DNA of 63,641 nucleotides, the filler included, from Octopus bimaculoides (lineage: Eukaryota): NCBI RefSeq assembly GCF_001194135.2. It is 5 parts of 5 records of this genome, joined end to end, with 100 filler letters (N's around TTAATTAATTAA, not from the genome) between each part and the next. Parts side by side here need not be neighbours in the genome. Positions count along the whole stretch, not along the records: positions 48,353 to 58,291 come from NC_068982.1; positions 58,392 to 61,222 come from NC_068988.1; 3 more parts are not named here. One strand, 5' to 3'. The notes under the pieces were generated by a model. It had not been told where the DNA came from, did no database searches, and saw nothing but the letters and a program-made list of their open reading frames with translations. This document shows positions 49,746 to 61,222 of the stretch, one piece after another. The stretch's first letter is position 1. The number at the start of each line of letters is the position of its first letter. The translations under genes were made by a program, and so were the position numbers.

Positions 49746-50951
49746 NNNNNNNNNNNNNNNNNNNNNNNNNNNNNNNNNNNNNNNNNNNNNNNNNNNNNNN
49801 NNNNNNNNNNNNNNNNNNNNNNNNNNNNNNNNNNNNNNNNNNNNNNNNNNNNNNNNNNNNNNNNNNNNNNNNNNNNNNNNNNNNNNNNNNNNNNNNNNNN
49901 NNNNNNNNNNNNNNNNNNNNNNNNNNNNNNNNNNNNNNNNNNNNNNNNNNNNNNNNNNNNNNNNNNNNNNNNNNNNNNNNNNNNNNNNNNNNNNNNNNNN
50001 NNNNNNNNATATGTGTAGAGAGAGATAGAGATAGACAGACAGACAGACAGGCAGACGGAGAGACAGACAGACAAACAGACAGACAAACAGACAGACAGAG
50101 ATAGAGAGAGATTGAACTTCCCACTGATACGTGTGTACTTAATTCTCACTTGTGACAAACTTGACGACGCTGGACCGTTAAATTACGAACACAGTCCATC
50201 TGATGTGCTTCCACACAATTTTTTCGTTAAATCAATTTCATTCACAATGATTAGATATACACAAGATTATGGTAACAGATACTTACTCGAGAGGTTACGC
50301 CGCGCGTTCGAATTTAAGACCTACCAATCACGAGTGAAATTCTTAGCAATTCGTCATAATACGACTAGCAAATCCATGCCACTCCATCGGGATTGGACTC
50401 TTCGAACCAAGCGAACGCATGAAATTAGATATACCGCTTATGTGTTCGATAAATCCTTTTGCACACATAAGGTATTACAACCACGAGTTCGCGATTTGGT
50501 ATAAACTAGCTGACTGATTTTGAACCACCTAATTATTGTTTCGCAGGTAGTCTTGTTATCGACCACGCTACAGAGCCTTATCCTGTGTAATCACGTGTTA
50601 GACACGTAATGGTTACAGTTTCCTCCACAGGCCAAATTCTCTTTTCTGCCGCGAATTAGCGTTTATAATGTTTTCTGGCAACGATATTACAATAGTAATC
50701 CTTTTATAATAATCACCAACTAAACCTAATCTTTTAATTAATATGATAGCAACAGTGTCTCCAAGTATTCCCAATACAGTTATACATCTCGTTTAACCAA
50801 ATTAATAACATCATTAATTAATTAAAGACTTATAAGAAGAAAAAAATTAATTCTCGTCCGTAAATGTGTTTGTCAAATCATACTTATGGACATATGTGTG
50901 TGCGCACGCGTACGTGTGTAGAAATATATATATATACATACATACATATAT

Positions 50952-51004
<53 letters not shown>

Positions 51005-51226
51005 TGTAACATATATATGTATCTTTGTATATATATATATTTATATACACACACACAATTATAAATATGCTACATATATATATATATATTATATATACAC
51101 ACACACGCACACACAAACGCACACACGCACACACAAACATATATATCATGTATCTATATACATACATACCTATATAAATATGTAAATATATACTTTATTC
51201 AAAAGCAGCAGAAAATATAACAAAAG

Positions 51227-51264
51227 CTGTTACTCAGAGTTTCACGTTCACGTTCGTCGGACAG
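51227..51264 (-). ncRNA. Minimal hammerhead motif (U4C variant) in the loop of a 38-bp hairpin
   Basis: CUGU-CCGACGA-ACG ugaa CGU-GAAA-CUCUGAG-UA-ACAG; flanks 51193-51226 and 51265-51298 are inverted repeats. Confidence 0.8.
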
Positions 51265-51388
51265 TTTTTGTTATATTTTCTGCTGCTTTTAAATAAAGCA
51301 TATTACTCTACATCTGGTATTTGAGTACTCTTTTTCTACCTTGTTTCACATTTATGAGCTTACTCCGGTATGTAAATATATATAAATA

Positions 51389-52537
51389 TGGTTACATGAC
51401 TTTCTGAAAGATAGAAGTCAAGTAGTAGTGGCCAATGGAGCCACCTCAATGAAAACACAAATTGTGAGCGGTGTTCCACAGGGCATTGTCTTGGGACCGC
51501 TGCTTTTTATAGAGACCCTCGCAGATATGCCCTCGACTGCCCGAATAAACACCTTTGCCTGCTATGCAGACGATTGTAAAGTCTCGCAGAAAATACAAAA
51601 CCCCAGCAATGTTGCACACCAGCAGCGGGGGTTCAAATCAATTTACAGATGGGCTGTGGATAATAATATGCAGTTTAATGCTGAAAAATTCCAAGCCCTG
51701 CGCTACCAGCGTCCAAAACTCTATATGAAAATTACAGGGTACACTGGTCCACAGGGAATTACAATCCCAGAGCCTAAATCAGTAAGGGACCTGGGTATCG
51801 GTATGTGTGATGATAACTGTTTCCAAGTGCACAATGCCAGGATGTCGACAAAGTGCAGACGATTGGCTGGATGGATCCTGAGAACATTCAGAACTAGAGA
51901 TAAGGAAACCATGATGGTCCTCTGGAGAATATTCATCCTCAGCCGCCTGGATTACTGCTCCTAGCTATGGTCACCCAACAGTGTAAAATTAAGAGCGGAT
52001 CTTGAAGCGATCCAGCGATACTTCACTAAGACGATCGTCTCATTGCTACAGCCCAGCCACTGGGAAAGGATGCAACAGCTAAGTCTCTACTTCCTGGAGC
52101 GAAGGCAGGAGAGGTATGCAATAATATACATCTGGAAGATCCTGGAAGGAATTGTGCCAAATTTTGGCATTGAAAGCTACACCAATGCCAGAACGAGTCG
52201 ACACTACATAGTACCAAAGATCTCAGCAATGCCATCGCGCTTCAAGATCAGTTACTGCCACAGCGTGGGTTTCAGGGGCCCACAACTATTTAATATTCTC
52301 TCAAAGAGCCTGAGAAACCTGCAGAAAGTAGATATAGGCGTTTTTAAATCAAGGCTGGACCTCTTCCAGTTGAGAGTCCCAGATGAACCTACCTCACGGT
52401 ACGAGGTGCAAATGAGGGTAGCTACATCAAATTCCATTCTTCACCAAGAGCCACATATTGGAGGAGAATCTCCGCAATAACAGTGTAGCAAAACGGTGGT
52501 GCATCAGCATGGCTACAGCTCTGAGCTGAAACTGCAA

Positions 52538-52540
<3 letters not shown>
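51389..52540 (+). mobile_element. 5'-truncated CR1/L2-like LINE (RT C-half plus 3' UTR)
   Basis: One frame: WLHDFLKDRSQVVVANG..SGVPQGIVLGPLLF..YADD..RDLGI..RLDYCS*LWSP..LERRQERY..DLF..VPDEP; a single TAG at 51962; stop at 52478; 3' tail ends in an (AT)n/(GT)n tract. Confidence 0.93.
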
Positions 52541-52615
<75 letters not shown>

Positions 52616-52792
52616 GTATATACATAGNNNNNNNNNNNNNNNNNNNNNNNNNNNNNNNNNNNNNNNNNNNNNNNNNNNNNNNNNNNNNNNNNNNNNNNNN
52701 NNNNNNNNNNNNNNNNNNNNNNNNNNNNNNNNNNNNNNNNNNNNNNNNNNNNNNNNNNNNNNNNNNNNNNNNNNNNNNNNNNNNNNNNNNNN

Positions 52793-53530
52793 TCAGTATT
52801 TAGACATTTCCAAGACAGACAATAATTTCAAGTAGCGATTCAACCATTCGTGAATGCTGCATGTAAGACCTCGAAAGTGAAGGTGGCCAGGACCCTTGTC
52901 ACAGCTTCCTTCACCTTCAATACAAGTGACGCTGAAATTCTCTTTCAGCTTGTGGTACAACCAAAAGTCCCAGGAAGCAAAGTCTGGACTGTAGTGTGGG
53001 TGAGGGGCAGTTTTCATGCCCGTCTCTGTAAAGTAGTTGGTGACCATGATGCTCGTCACTGGGAACAAACTTCGCACAAATTTTGTGCATGTTCAGATCA
53101 TCTTGAATATTTCCGTAAGCAATCGCCACGCCAACTCTAAATAACATGATTATTGTCATTATTGTCACACGACAGTCTTCATTTAGAAAACTTCGAATTT
53201 TCTCAACCAGCTCTGATGTTCTAACATCCGTTTCTCTCCTACATTTCTCATCGTCCGTCACCATCCTACCATCCTTGAACCTGTTCTGCCACCGAAAAAG
53301 TTAATCTATAAGCAGACTGGAGCATTTCATAAATTTTCTGCAGTGTTTTTGCTTAGTTTAGCCAGTTTCTACAAGTCACGACTACAGTATGAACACTAGT
53401 CACCTGCGAGAAGCAATGTTTAGTAGAGTGTTTTGAAAGTGCCGTTGCTTTTGTAACTTTCAATCTGAAACGATGAATGTTGGCAGTTCAGCTTGTTCGA
53501 TGTCTAGTAATGAAATATTCAAATTACAAT
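52793..53530 (-). mobile_element. Internally deleted mariner transposon
   Basis: N-half FRWQNRFKDGR..DDEK..VRTSELVEKIR..KICAKFVP joined near 53056 to C-half TNYFTETGMKTAPHPHYSPDFASWDFWL; frameshifted. Confidence 0.92.
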
Positions 53531-53979
53531 AATCTAGGGCATTTATAACTGCCTCTCCTAAATAAGTCTCAAAACCTCAGGAAAGTACCCCGTATTGGTC
53601 TTCGAAACGTCTAGATAGAATAGAGACAGCTGATGAAGGGATATTCCAAGGGGCTTTCCGTTTTCCTATGTGTTCGTTCCGTTGTCTGTAGTTTATTGTT
53701 CTAACGTCCTGTACCCTGATATGCATGTATATACACATGTAGATGTAAGTATGTACATATATGTGTGTATACATGTATATATATTCTTTGTATTATATAT
53801 ATATATATATATATACACACATGTATACGTATCCATATACATATGGACACTCATACACACATACATGTAAAAGCACTTAGACACACACACACAGAACAGA
53901 ACTGAGTATTTGTTGAGATTAAGAATGAGAATTAAAACGTTCCTTAGTGATTAAAATGTTTTTCTTTTTCTTATATTTT

Positions 53980-54200
53980 TTTTTTTACTTGTTTCAGTCA
54001 TTTGACTGTGGTCATGCTCGTACACCGCATTGAAGGGTTATAGTCGAACAAATCGACACGGAGGCGTTATTTTTTGTAACCTGGTACTTATGCTATTGGT
54101 CGCTTTTACTGAACTGCTAATTTACGGGGACGTAAATCCACTAACACCGGTTTCAAGCGGTGATGAGGAGCAAACACAGACACAAAGAAACACACATACA
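53980..54200 (-). mobile_element. SINE family A, 3' half
   Basis: Tail hairpin CAGTC AAAT GACTG. Confidence 0.8.
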
Positions 54201-54269
54201 CACATACGTATATATCTTTTATTCTCAAGTTTTTTATTATTCTTTCTCTGCTTATTTCCTCGTGTTCCT

Positions 54270-54415
54270 TTCTGTTGCCCCTGGTACTTATTCTTCGTAA
54301 GCCTTGCACTTATTCTATCGGTCTCTTTTTCCGATTTGCTAAGTTACGGGGACGCAAACACATCAGCGTCGGTTGTCAAGCGATGTTGGGGAGACAAACA
54401 CAGACAAAAAAAAAA
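54270..54415 (-). mobile_element. SINE family A body fragment
   Basis: CTTATTCTTCGTAAGCC..GCGATGTTGGGGAGACAAAC. Confidence 0.8.
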
Positions 54416-54440
54416 CATATACGCACACATACATACGTAC

Positions 54441-54480
<40 letters not shown>

Positions 54481-55268
54481 NNNNNNNNNNNNNNNNNNNN
54501 NNNNNNNNNNNNNNNNNNNNNNNNNNNNNNNNNNNNNNNNNNNNNNNNNNNNNNNNNNNNNNNNNNNNNNNNNNNNNNNNNNNNNNNNNNNNNNNNNNNN
54601 NNNNNNNNNNNNNNNNNNNNNNNNNNNNNNNNNNNNNNNNNNNNNNNNNNNNNNNNNNNNNNNNNNNNNNNNNNNNNNNNNNNNNNNNNNNNNNNNNNNN
54701 NNNNNNNNNNNNNNNNNNNNNNNNNNNNNNNNNNNNNNNNNNNNNNNNNNNNNNNNNNNNNNNNNNNNNNNNNNNNNNNNNNNNNNNNNNNNNNNNNNNN
54801 NNNNNNNNNNNNNNNNNNNNNNNNNNNNNNNNNNNNNNNNNNNNNNNNNNNNNNNNNNNNNNNNNNNNNNNNNNNNNNNNNNNNNNNNNNNNNNNNNNNN
54901 NNNNNNNNNNNNNNNNNNNNNNNNNNNNNNNNNNNNNNNNNNNNNNNNNNNNNNNNNNNNNNNNNNNNNNNNNNNNNNNNNNNNNNNNNNNNNNNNNNNN
55001 NNNNNNNNNNNNNNNNNNNNNNNNNNNNNNNNNNNNNNNNNNNNNNNNNNNNNNNNNNNNNNNNNNNNNNNNNNNNNNNNNNNNNNNNNNNNNNNNNNNN
55101 NNNNNNNNNNNNNNNNNNNNNNNNNNNNNNNNNNNNNNNNNNNNNNNNNNNNNNNNNNNNNNNNNNNNNNNNNNNNNNNNNNNNNNNNNNNNNNNNNNNN
55201 NNNNNNNNNNNNNNNNNNNNNNNNNNNNNNNNNNNNNNNNNNNNNNNNNNNNNNNNNNNNNNNNNNNN

Positions 55269-55320
<52 letters not shown>

Positions 55321-56073
55321 ATGCGTGCGTAGTGAAAATTACGATCAAAATTTTGTAAATCTTGTTTTTACTTCCAGATCAACAGATATTCTCTAGATAA
55401 CATACCGTGGCAATAACCTGTTTGCATATTTCATTAATATGTATGCATTTATTTGTTTGCTTTAATAGAATAGAGAACGCGAGGAACTATGAAACTCAGT
55501 TTTCTTAAGAGTAACTGAAACATGTGAGGCAATGAAACAGTTCCAAATCGTAATTAAAATCGTATCCAGATTTACTTCAAAACATTCTACAACAAAGGCC
55601 TTTATATAAAGAATTTTTTTACACTGATGCAATATCTCAGACACGAAGAGAAAACCATATAAAGTTTAATGTTTCAGTTAAGTCTACTACAAGACAAATA
55701 AAAAATTATTTACTTTTTTTTCATCGAAAACTTGACATCCGGTTTGAGAATGGCTATAAACGGGGATTGAAACCAATTTGAAATAATGATTGTTGTTGAT
55801 ATTATTTTAAATCGGTTTCCATTTGTTGTGATTGTTTCGCATCATATCAGCCATGATCGACTAGATATATAACTATACTAAAGGCTTTCTAGTCATTGTC
55901 ATGCTTATTTTTATTTTTCCTTTTCAATATTAGATAGTTTAGATACAACAGCATGGGGTGGATGTTACTGTTGCTTTTAGCCCCAGGAGGACATCTCTTC
56001 CAGCTGGCTTATCGACACACGACTGTGTCCTGTTTGCCAAGGGAAGTTATCCCTCTCACCAACATCTGCAGCA

Positions 56074-56118
56074 CGAACGGATCCGGATTTCAGGGTTATT
56101 TCCCTTCGTCGGCGTTCG
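56074..56118 (-). ncRNA. Minimal hammerhead motif (U4C variant)
   Basis: CGAACG-CCGACGA-AGGG aaauaa CCCU-GAAA-UCCGGA-UC-CGUUCG: perfect 6-bp stem I, palindromic stem III AUCCGGAU, AUC triplet. Confidence 0.82.
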
Positions 56119-56918
56119 ATAGCTGCTGACCTTGGTGAGAGAGACAAAAACCTGGCAATCTTATATCTTCTTTTCCAGTGAAATTCTTCACTGATATCGA
56201 AAAGGTGAAAACAAGCAATGTTAATTCTCTAAATGAAGTATTAACAGTAACTGCACGATAAAGTGTAGTATATTGCCACTTAAGTGTGGCTGACCCCTAG
56301 NNNNNNNNNNNNNNNNNNNNNNNNNNNNNNNNNNNNNNNNNNNNNNNNNNNNNNNNNNNNNNNNNNNNNNNNNNNNNNNNNNNNNNNNNNNNNNNNNNNN
56401 NNNNNNNNNNNNNNNNNNNNNNNNNNNNNNNNNNNNNNNNNNNNNNNNNNNNNNNNNNNNNNNNNNNNNNNNNNNNNNNNNNNNNNNNNNNNNNNNNNNN
56501 NNNNNNNNNNNNNNNNNNNNNNNNNNNNNNNNNNNNNNNNNNNNNNNNNNNNNNNNNNNNNNNNNNNNNNNNNNNNNNNNNNNNNNNNNNNNNNNNNNNN
56601 NNNNNNNNNNNNNNNNNNNNNNNNNNNNNNNNNNNNNNNNNNNNNNNNNNNNNNNNNNNNNNNNNNNNNNNNNNNNNNNNNNNNNNNNNNNNNNNNNNNN
56701 NNNNNNNNNNNNNNNNNNNNNNNNNNNNNNNNNNNNNNNNNNNNNNNNNNNNNNNNNNNNNNNNNNNNNNNNNNNNNNNNNNNNNNNNNNNNNNNNNNNN
56801 NNNNNNNNNNNNNNNNNNNNNNNNNNNNNNNNNNNNNNNNNNNNNNNNNNNNNNNNNNNNNNNNNNNNNNNNNNNNNNNNNNNNNNNNNNNNNNNNNNNN
56901 NNNNNNNNNNNNNNNNNN

Positions 56919-56971
<53 letters not shown>

Positions 56972-56974
56972 TTG

Positions 56975-57185
56975 TTTGTCTTTGTGTTTGTCCCCTACTA
57001 ACGCCTGACGATAGGTGTTGGTTTTTTGACATCGCGGTGACTCGGCGGTCCAGGAAAAGAGACGATAGAATAAGTAACTGAATAAGATAAGTACTGGTGG
57101 CGATTTGCTTGAGTAAGTCCTTCAAGACAATGCTTCAGCACAGACGTAGCCCAATGACTATGACAGATATGAACTAAAAGATAAA
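56975..57185 (+). mobile_element. SINE family A, diverged 3' half
   Basis: TTTGTCCCC..GATAGAATAAGTA..tail. Confidence 0.7.
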
Positions 57186-57339
57186 AGAGATTGTGTATTT
57201 GGAATTGCACTCCTCCAAAATCTCCCTTTCTTTCTTTCTTTTTTTTTTTCCAAAATGTTATGGTTTGATTTGAATTGAGGAGGAATTTAGATGCTATATT
57301 TCTAGCTGTTGATGCGATCACTCAGCTCTTTTGCTGAAA

Positions 57340-57540
57340 TAATCCTTTCTACTAAAGGTGCAAGGCCTGAAATTTGTGGGTAGGGGACTAGTCAATTGCA
57401 CCGACCCCAGAGTTTATCGTCACCGAGAGGATCAAAGACAAAGTCAACCTCGGTAGAATTTGAACTCAGAACATCGCGACGGGCGAAATGTTTAGCAGCA
57501 TTTCGCCCGGTGTACTAACGATTCTGCCAGCTCGCCGCTT
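57340..57540 (-). mobile_element. SINE family B, full length, CpGs largely retained
   Basis: Head GCGGCGAGCTGGCAGAATCGTTAG. Confidence 0.88.
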
Positions 57541-58236
57541 TCTTTCGCTGAAATAATGCAATCATTTGATTGATCACACACTATGTTTTATAGAAGACTG
57601 CAATGTAAGACTGTGAGACATTTATGTACATTTTCTTCTTTTTCTTTTCGAGGACATGAGCAGCGCTGGAGAACTGAGTTGGCTCGTAGCCAACAAATCA
57701 AAATCGGAAAAAGGTTTCCTTTCTTTTCTGTTTTTTTTCGTTTTTAATTATGTAGAATATACGGTTGTCACTTGACGAAGTAGAGACCATCAATGTTATT
57801 AAGGAAAAGAAACACGTTTCGAAAATTATTCCCCGCTTGAATGTGAAATATTACTTGGGAAATTAAAGCTTGGCGATATACTTTAGGCATCGCTTGCGTA
57901 TGCAATCAATAGTATATATAGGTGTGTATACATTCAGAAAGGAAGAAGAAAAAATATAGATCAATAAAATGTAGGCAATAGAATGCGGAACACATGGTTT
58001 TATAGGCAAACCGACTAACTGTGGTAAACAGTGATGGTGACTGCTGATACGACTTAGCCTCACTTTCGTAAGGTTTGTTACATTTATATGTCCTGTTATT
58101 ATTAGTCATTCCAAATAAACATGGTTATGTGTGAATGTATATCGTGGGTAAAGTTATTATTTTTTATGTGTAAGTAATATAGATTGTTAAATAGATAGAT
58201 AACTTCCTGGTTATCATTTTATTATCTCTGTTTCAC

Positions 58237-58291
<55 letters not shown>

Positions 58292-58391
58292 NNNNNNNNN
58301 NNNNNNNNNNNNNNNNNNNNNNNNNNNNNNNNNNNTTAATTAATTAANNNNNNNNNNNNNNNNNNNNNNNNNNNNNNNNNNNNNNNNNNNN
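58292..58391. other. Artificial scaffold linker N44-TTAATTAATTAA-N44
   Basis: Same 100-bp structure. Confidence 0.97.
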
Positions 58392-58890
58392 ACCACCACC
58401 ACCACCACCACCACCACTACCACTACCCCCCCACCACCACCACCACTATCACCACCACCATAACAACCAGTGCCAATACATAGGTCATTACCAGCGCCAT
58501 ACCAACATACAATCACTACCACTACCAACACCACCACTAGTACAATCACCACTACCACCATCATCAGCACAACCACTAGGAATATTACCAGCACCATACG
58601 AACGGACCATCACTACCACCAACACCACAACCAATACTACCACAATAGACAAGAATATTATCCCGCCGTACCAACATACAATCACTACCACCAATGTCAC
58701 AACCACCACCACCACCACCACTACTACCATCACCACCACCACCACCAGTACTAATAAATGGACAGGAATATTATCAGCGTCTTACGAACATACCATCACT
58801 ACCGCCAATACCAGAACCAATACTACCACGACAGGCAAGAATATTATCCCGCCATACCATCATACCATCGTACCATCATTAGCACCATGA
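58392..58890. repeat. ACC-rich region with a higher-order repeat
   Basis: The module RGAATATTA..CCRTAC(C/G)AACATAC(A/C)ATCACTACC recurs 5 times; 58579 and 58765 start units of about 110 bp that are 186 bp apart. Confidence 0.8.
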
Positions 58891-59043
58891 ATACGTGTAT
58901 TATAATGGTAAGCTGGTGATGATGAAAAGCAGTGAACTTACGGTGACTTTGTCTTACCCTTTGTCAAAATGGTTGTCGTAACGCTAGAACAAAGACTAAT
59001 CACACACACACACGTACACTTACACACACACACACACACACGT

Positions 59044-59075
<32 letters not shown>

Positions 59076-59504
59076 ACATGCATGCACTTTGTGTTTAACT
59101 AACATGACCAACCACATGCACAACGAAAGCAATATCTGCTTTAAGGTAAAACAAATAAATAATTAGCAAAAGCNNNNNNNNNNNNNNNNNNNNNNNNNNN
59201 NNNNNNNNNNNNNNNNNNNNNNNNNNNNNNNNNNNNNNNNNNNNNNNNNNNNNNNNNNNNNNNNNNNNNNNNNNNNNNNNNNNNNNNNNNNNNNNNNNNN
59301 NNNNNNNNNNNNNNNNNNNNNNNNNNNNNNNNNNNNNNNNNNNNNNNNNNNNNNNNNNNNNNNNNNNNNNNNNNNNNNNNNNNNNNNNNNNNNNNNNNNN
59401 NNNNNNNNNNNNNNNNNNNNNNNNNNNNNNNNNNNNNNNNNNNNNNNNNNNNNNNNNNNNNNNNNNNNACCACCACCACCACCATTGCCACCACCACCAC
59501 CACC

Positions 59505-59551
<47 letters not shown>

Positions 59552-59887
59552 CACAAAATAGGGGCAGCAACCAAAACCCTCATAACTTCCGCTTTAACAA
59601 TACCGATCCTTCTATAATTGACATCAATAACACCCCAACCCCAACCCCAACCGCGACCGCTCATCGACCAGACACTTAACTGGCATCATTACTTCTCTTA
59701 AGATCTTGCCGTCACACACCAACACCACCATCACCACCAGCATCACCATCACCACCATTTTCACCACCTCTCAACCACAGCCACCTCTAGTATCCCATCG
59801 TCATAGTAACAACAAATAATATTAACAATATATATATATATATATGTGTGTGTGTGCCCGCGTCTGTGTGTGCCCGCGTGCGTGTGT

Positions 59888-59927
<40 letters not shown>

Positions 59928-59930
59928 ATA

Positions 59931-60847
59931 TGTTTCTATGTGGCCTGCTTGTTTGTTGCACCTTGTTTACCATTTTGTTCTTGTTCTTTTGCCACGTCAT
60001 GTACCCAGTTATGTACATGTAGCTGAACGTATATACATACAAGTACATATATATGCATATACTCATATTGTTTGTATCACGACAGAACGCACGCGTTACC
60101 TTTATACAGTAAGTTTTGACTATTTTTCTAACGCGACTCTCTCTATTTCTATCTCCCCCTCTCATTCTTCCCTCTACTGTTCNNNNNNNNNNCTCTCTAT
60201 TTCTATCTCCCCCTCTCATTCTTCCCTCTACTGTTCTTCGCCTCTACCTGTCACTACTTCTCTCTCTCTCTTTATCTCTTGTTACTCGTCCTTCGCCTCT
60301 CACCGTTACTACTACTATCTCTCTCTACCTCTCCTTGCTCACTTTTATTCTACTTCCTCCCCTCCATTTCCCTCTGCTACTCTTTCTCTTCACACAGCCT
60401 TGGTCACGTGTGTCCGGCTGCTATCTCTTTTCGTTCTTGGAATCACCAAGCTCGCATGTACTTCTTTGCCCCTCCTGTACGTGCTTCACAGAGTTCAAGA
60501 CATACAAACTTCACGTCTGGCTGTACACCCTTTTTGTTTGTTTATTTCACCGTTTCGTTTTCCTGTCTTGTTTTCCGTCCGCCACTACCCTCCACGAAAA
60601 CAATTTGATTTGTGTTCGTGGGAAGAACCATTTTAACGATGCGTACTGCCTTAATTCTTCGAAACGCCGGAGTTTTAATGGTGGCAGCTGATGAAGGGGA
60701 TGTTTCTATGTGGCCTGCTTGTTTGTTGCACCTTGTTTACCATTTTGTCCTTGTTATTTTACCACATCATGTACCCAGTTATGTATCCATATGTACATGT
60801 AGATGAACGTATATACATACATGTACATATATATGCATATACTCATA

Positions 60848-60849
<2 letters not shown>
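59931..60849 (+). mobile_element. Element with direct repeats of about 140-150 bp (Penelope pLTR-like partial tandem)
   Basis: 59931-60069 matches 60701-60849; the second copy is preceded by TTCGAAACGCC and CAGCTGATGAAGGG. Confidence 0.55.
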
Positions 60850-60890
<41 letters not shown>

Positions 60891-60920
60891 TGCATCTATA
60901 TATATGTGTATATGTATATA

Positions 60921-60958
<38 letters not shown>

Positions 60959-61113
60959 CATACATACATATATATATATGTATGTATATATATATATGTA
61001 TGTATGTATGTATGCATGTATGTATATGTATATACACTGTACATGCTTACAAATTAATAACATTTATGGCAATGATTATATGCGTATGTGTGAGTCCGTG
61101 TATGTGTAAATGG

Positions 61114-61144
<31 letters not shown>

Positions 61145-61222
61145 CATATGTGTGTGTATATATATATATATATATATAAATATGTACATATATTTGTGTA
61201 TAAATACACACACACACACACA

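Noticed and set aside
50112-50504. 130-aa ORF or Helitron helicase-like SDGLC on the minus strand
   Set aside because: No continuous helicase motifs, and stops are adjacent; origin left unassigned.
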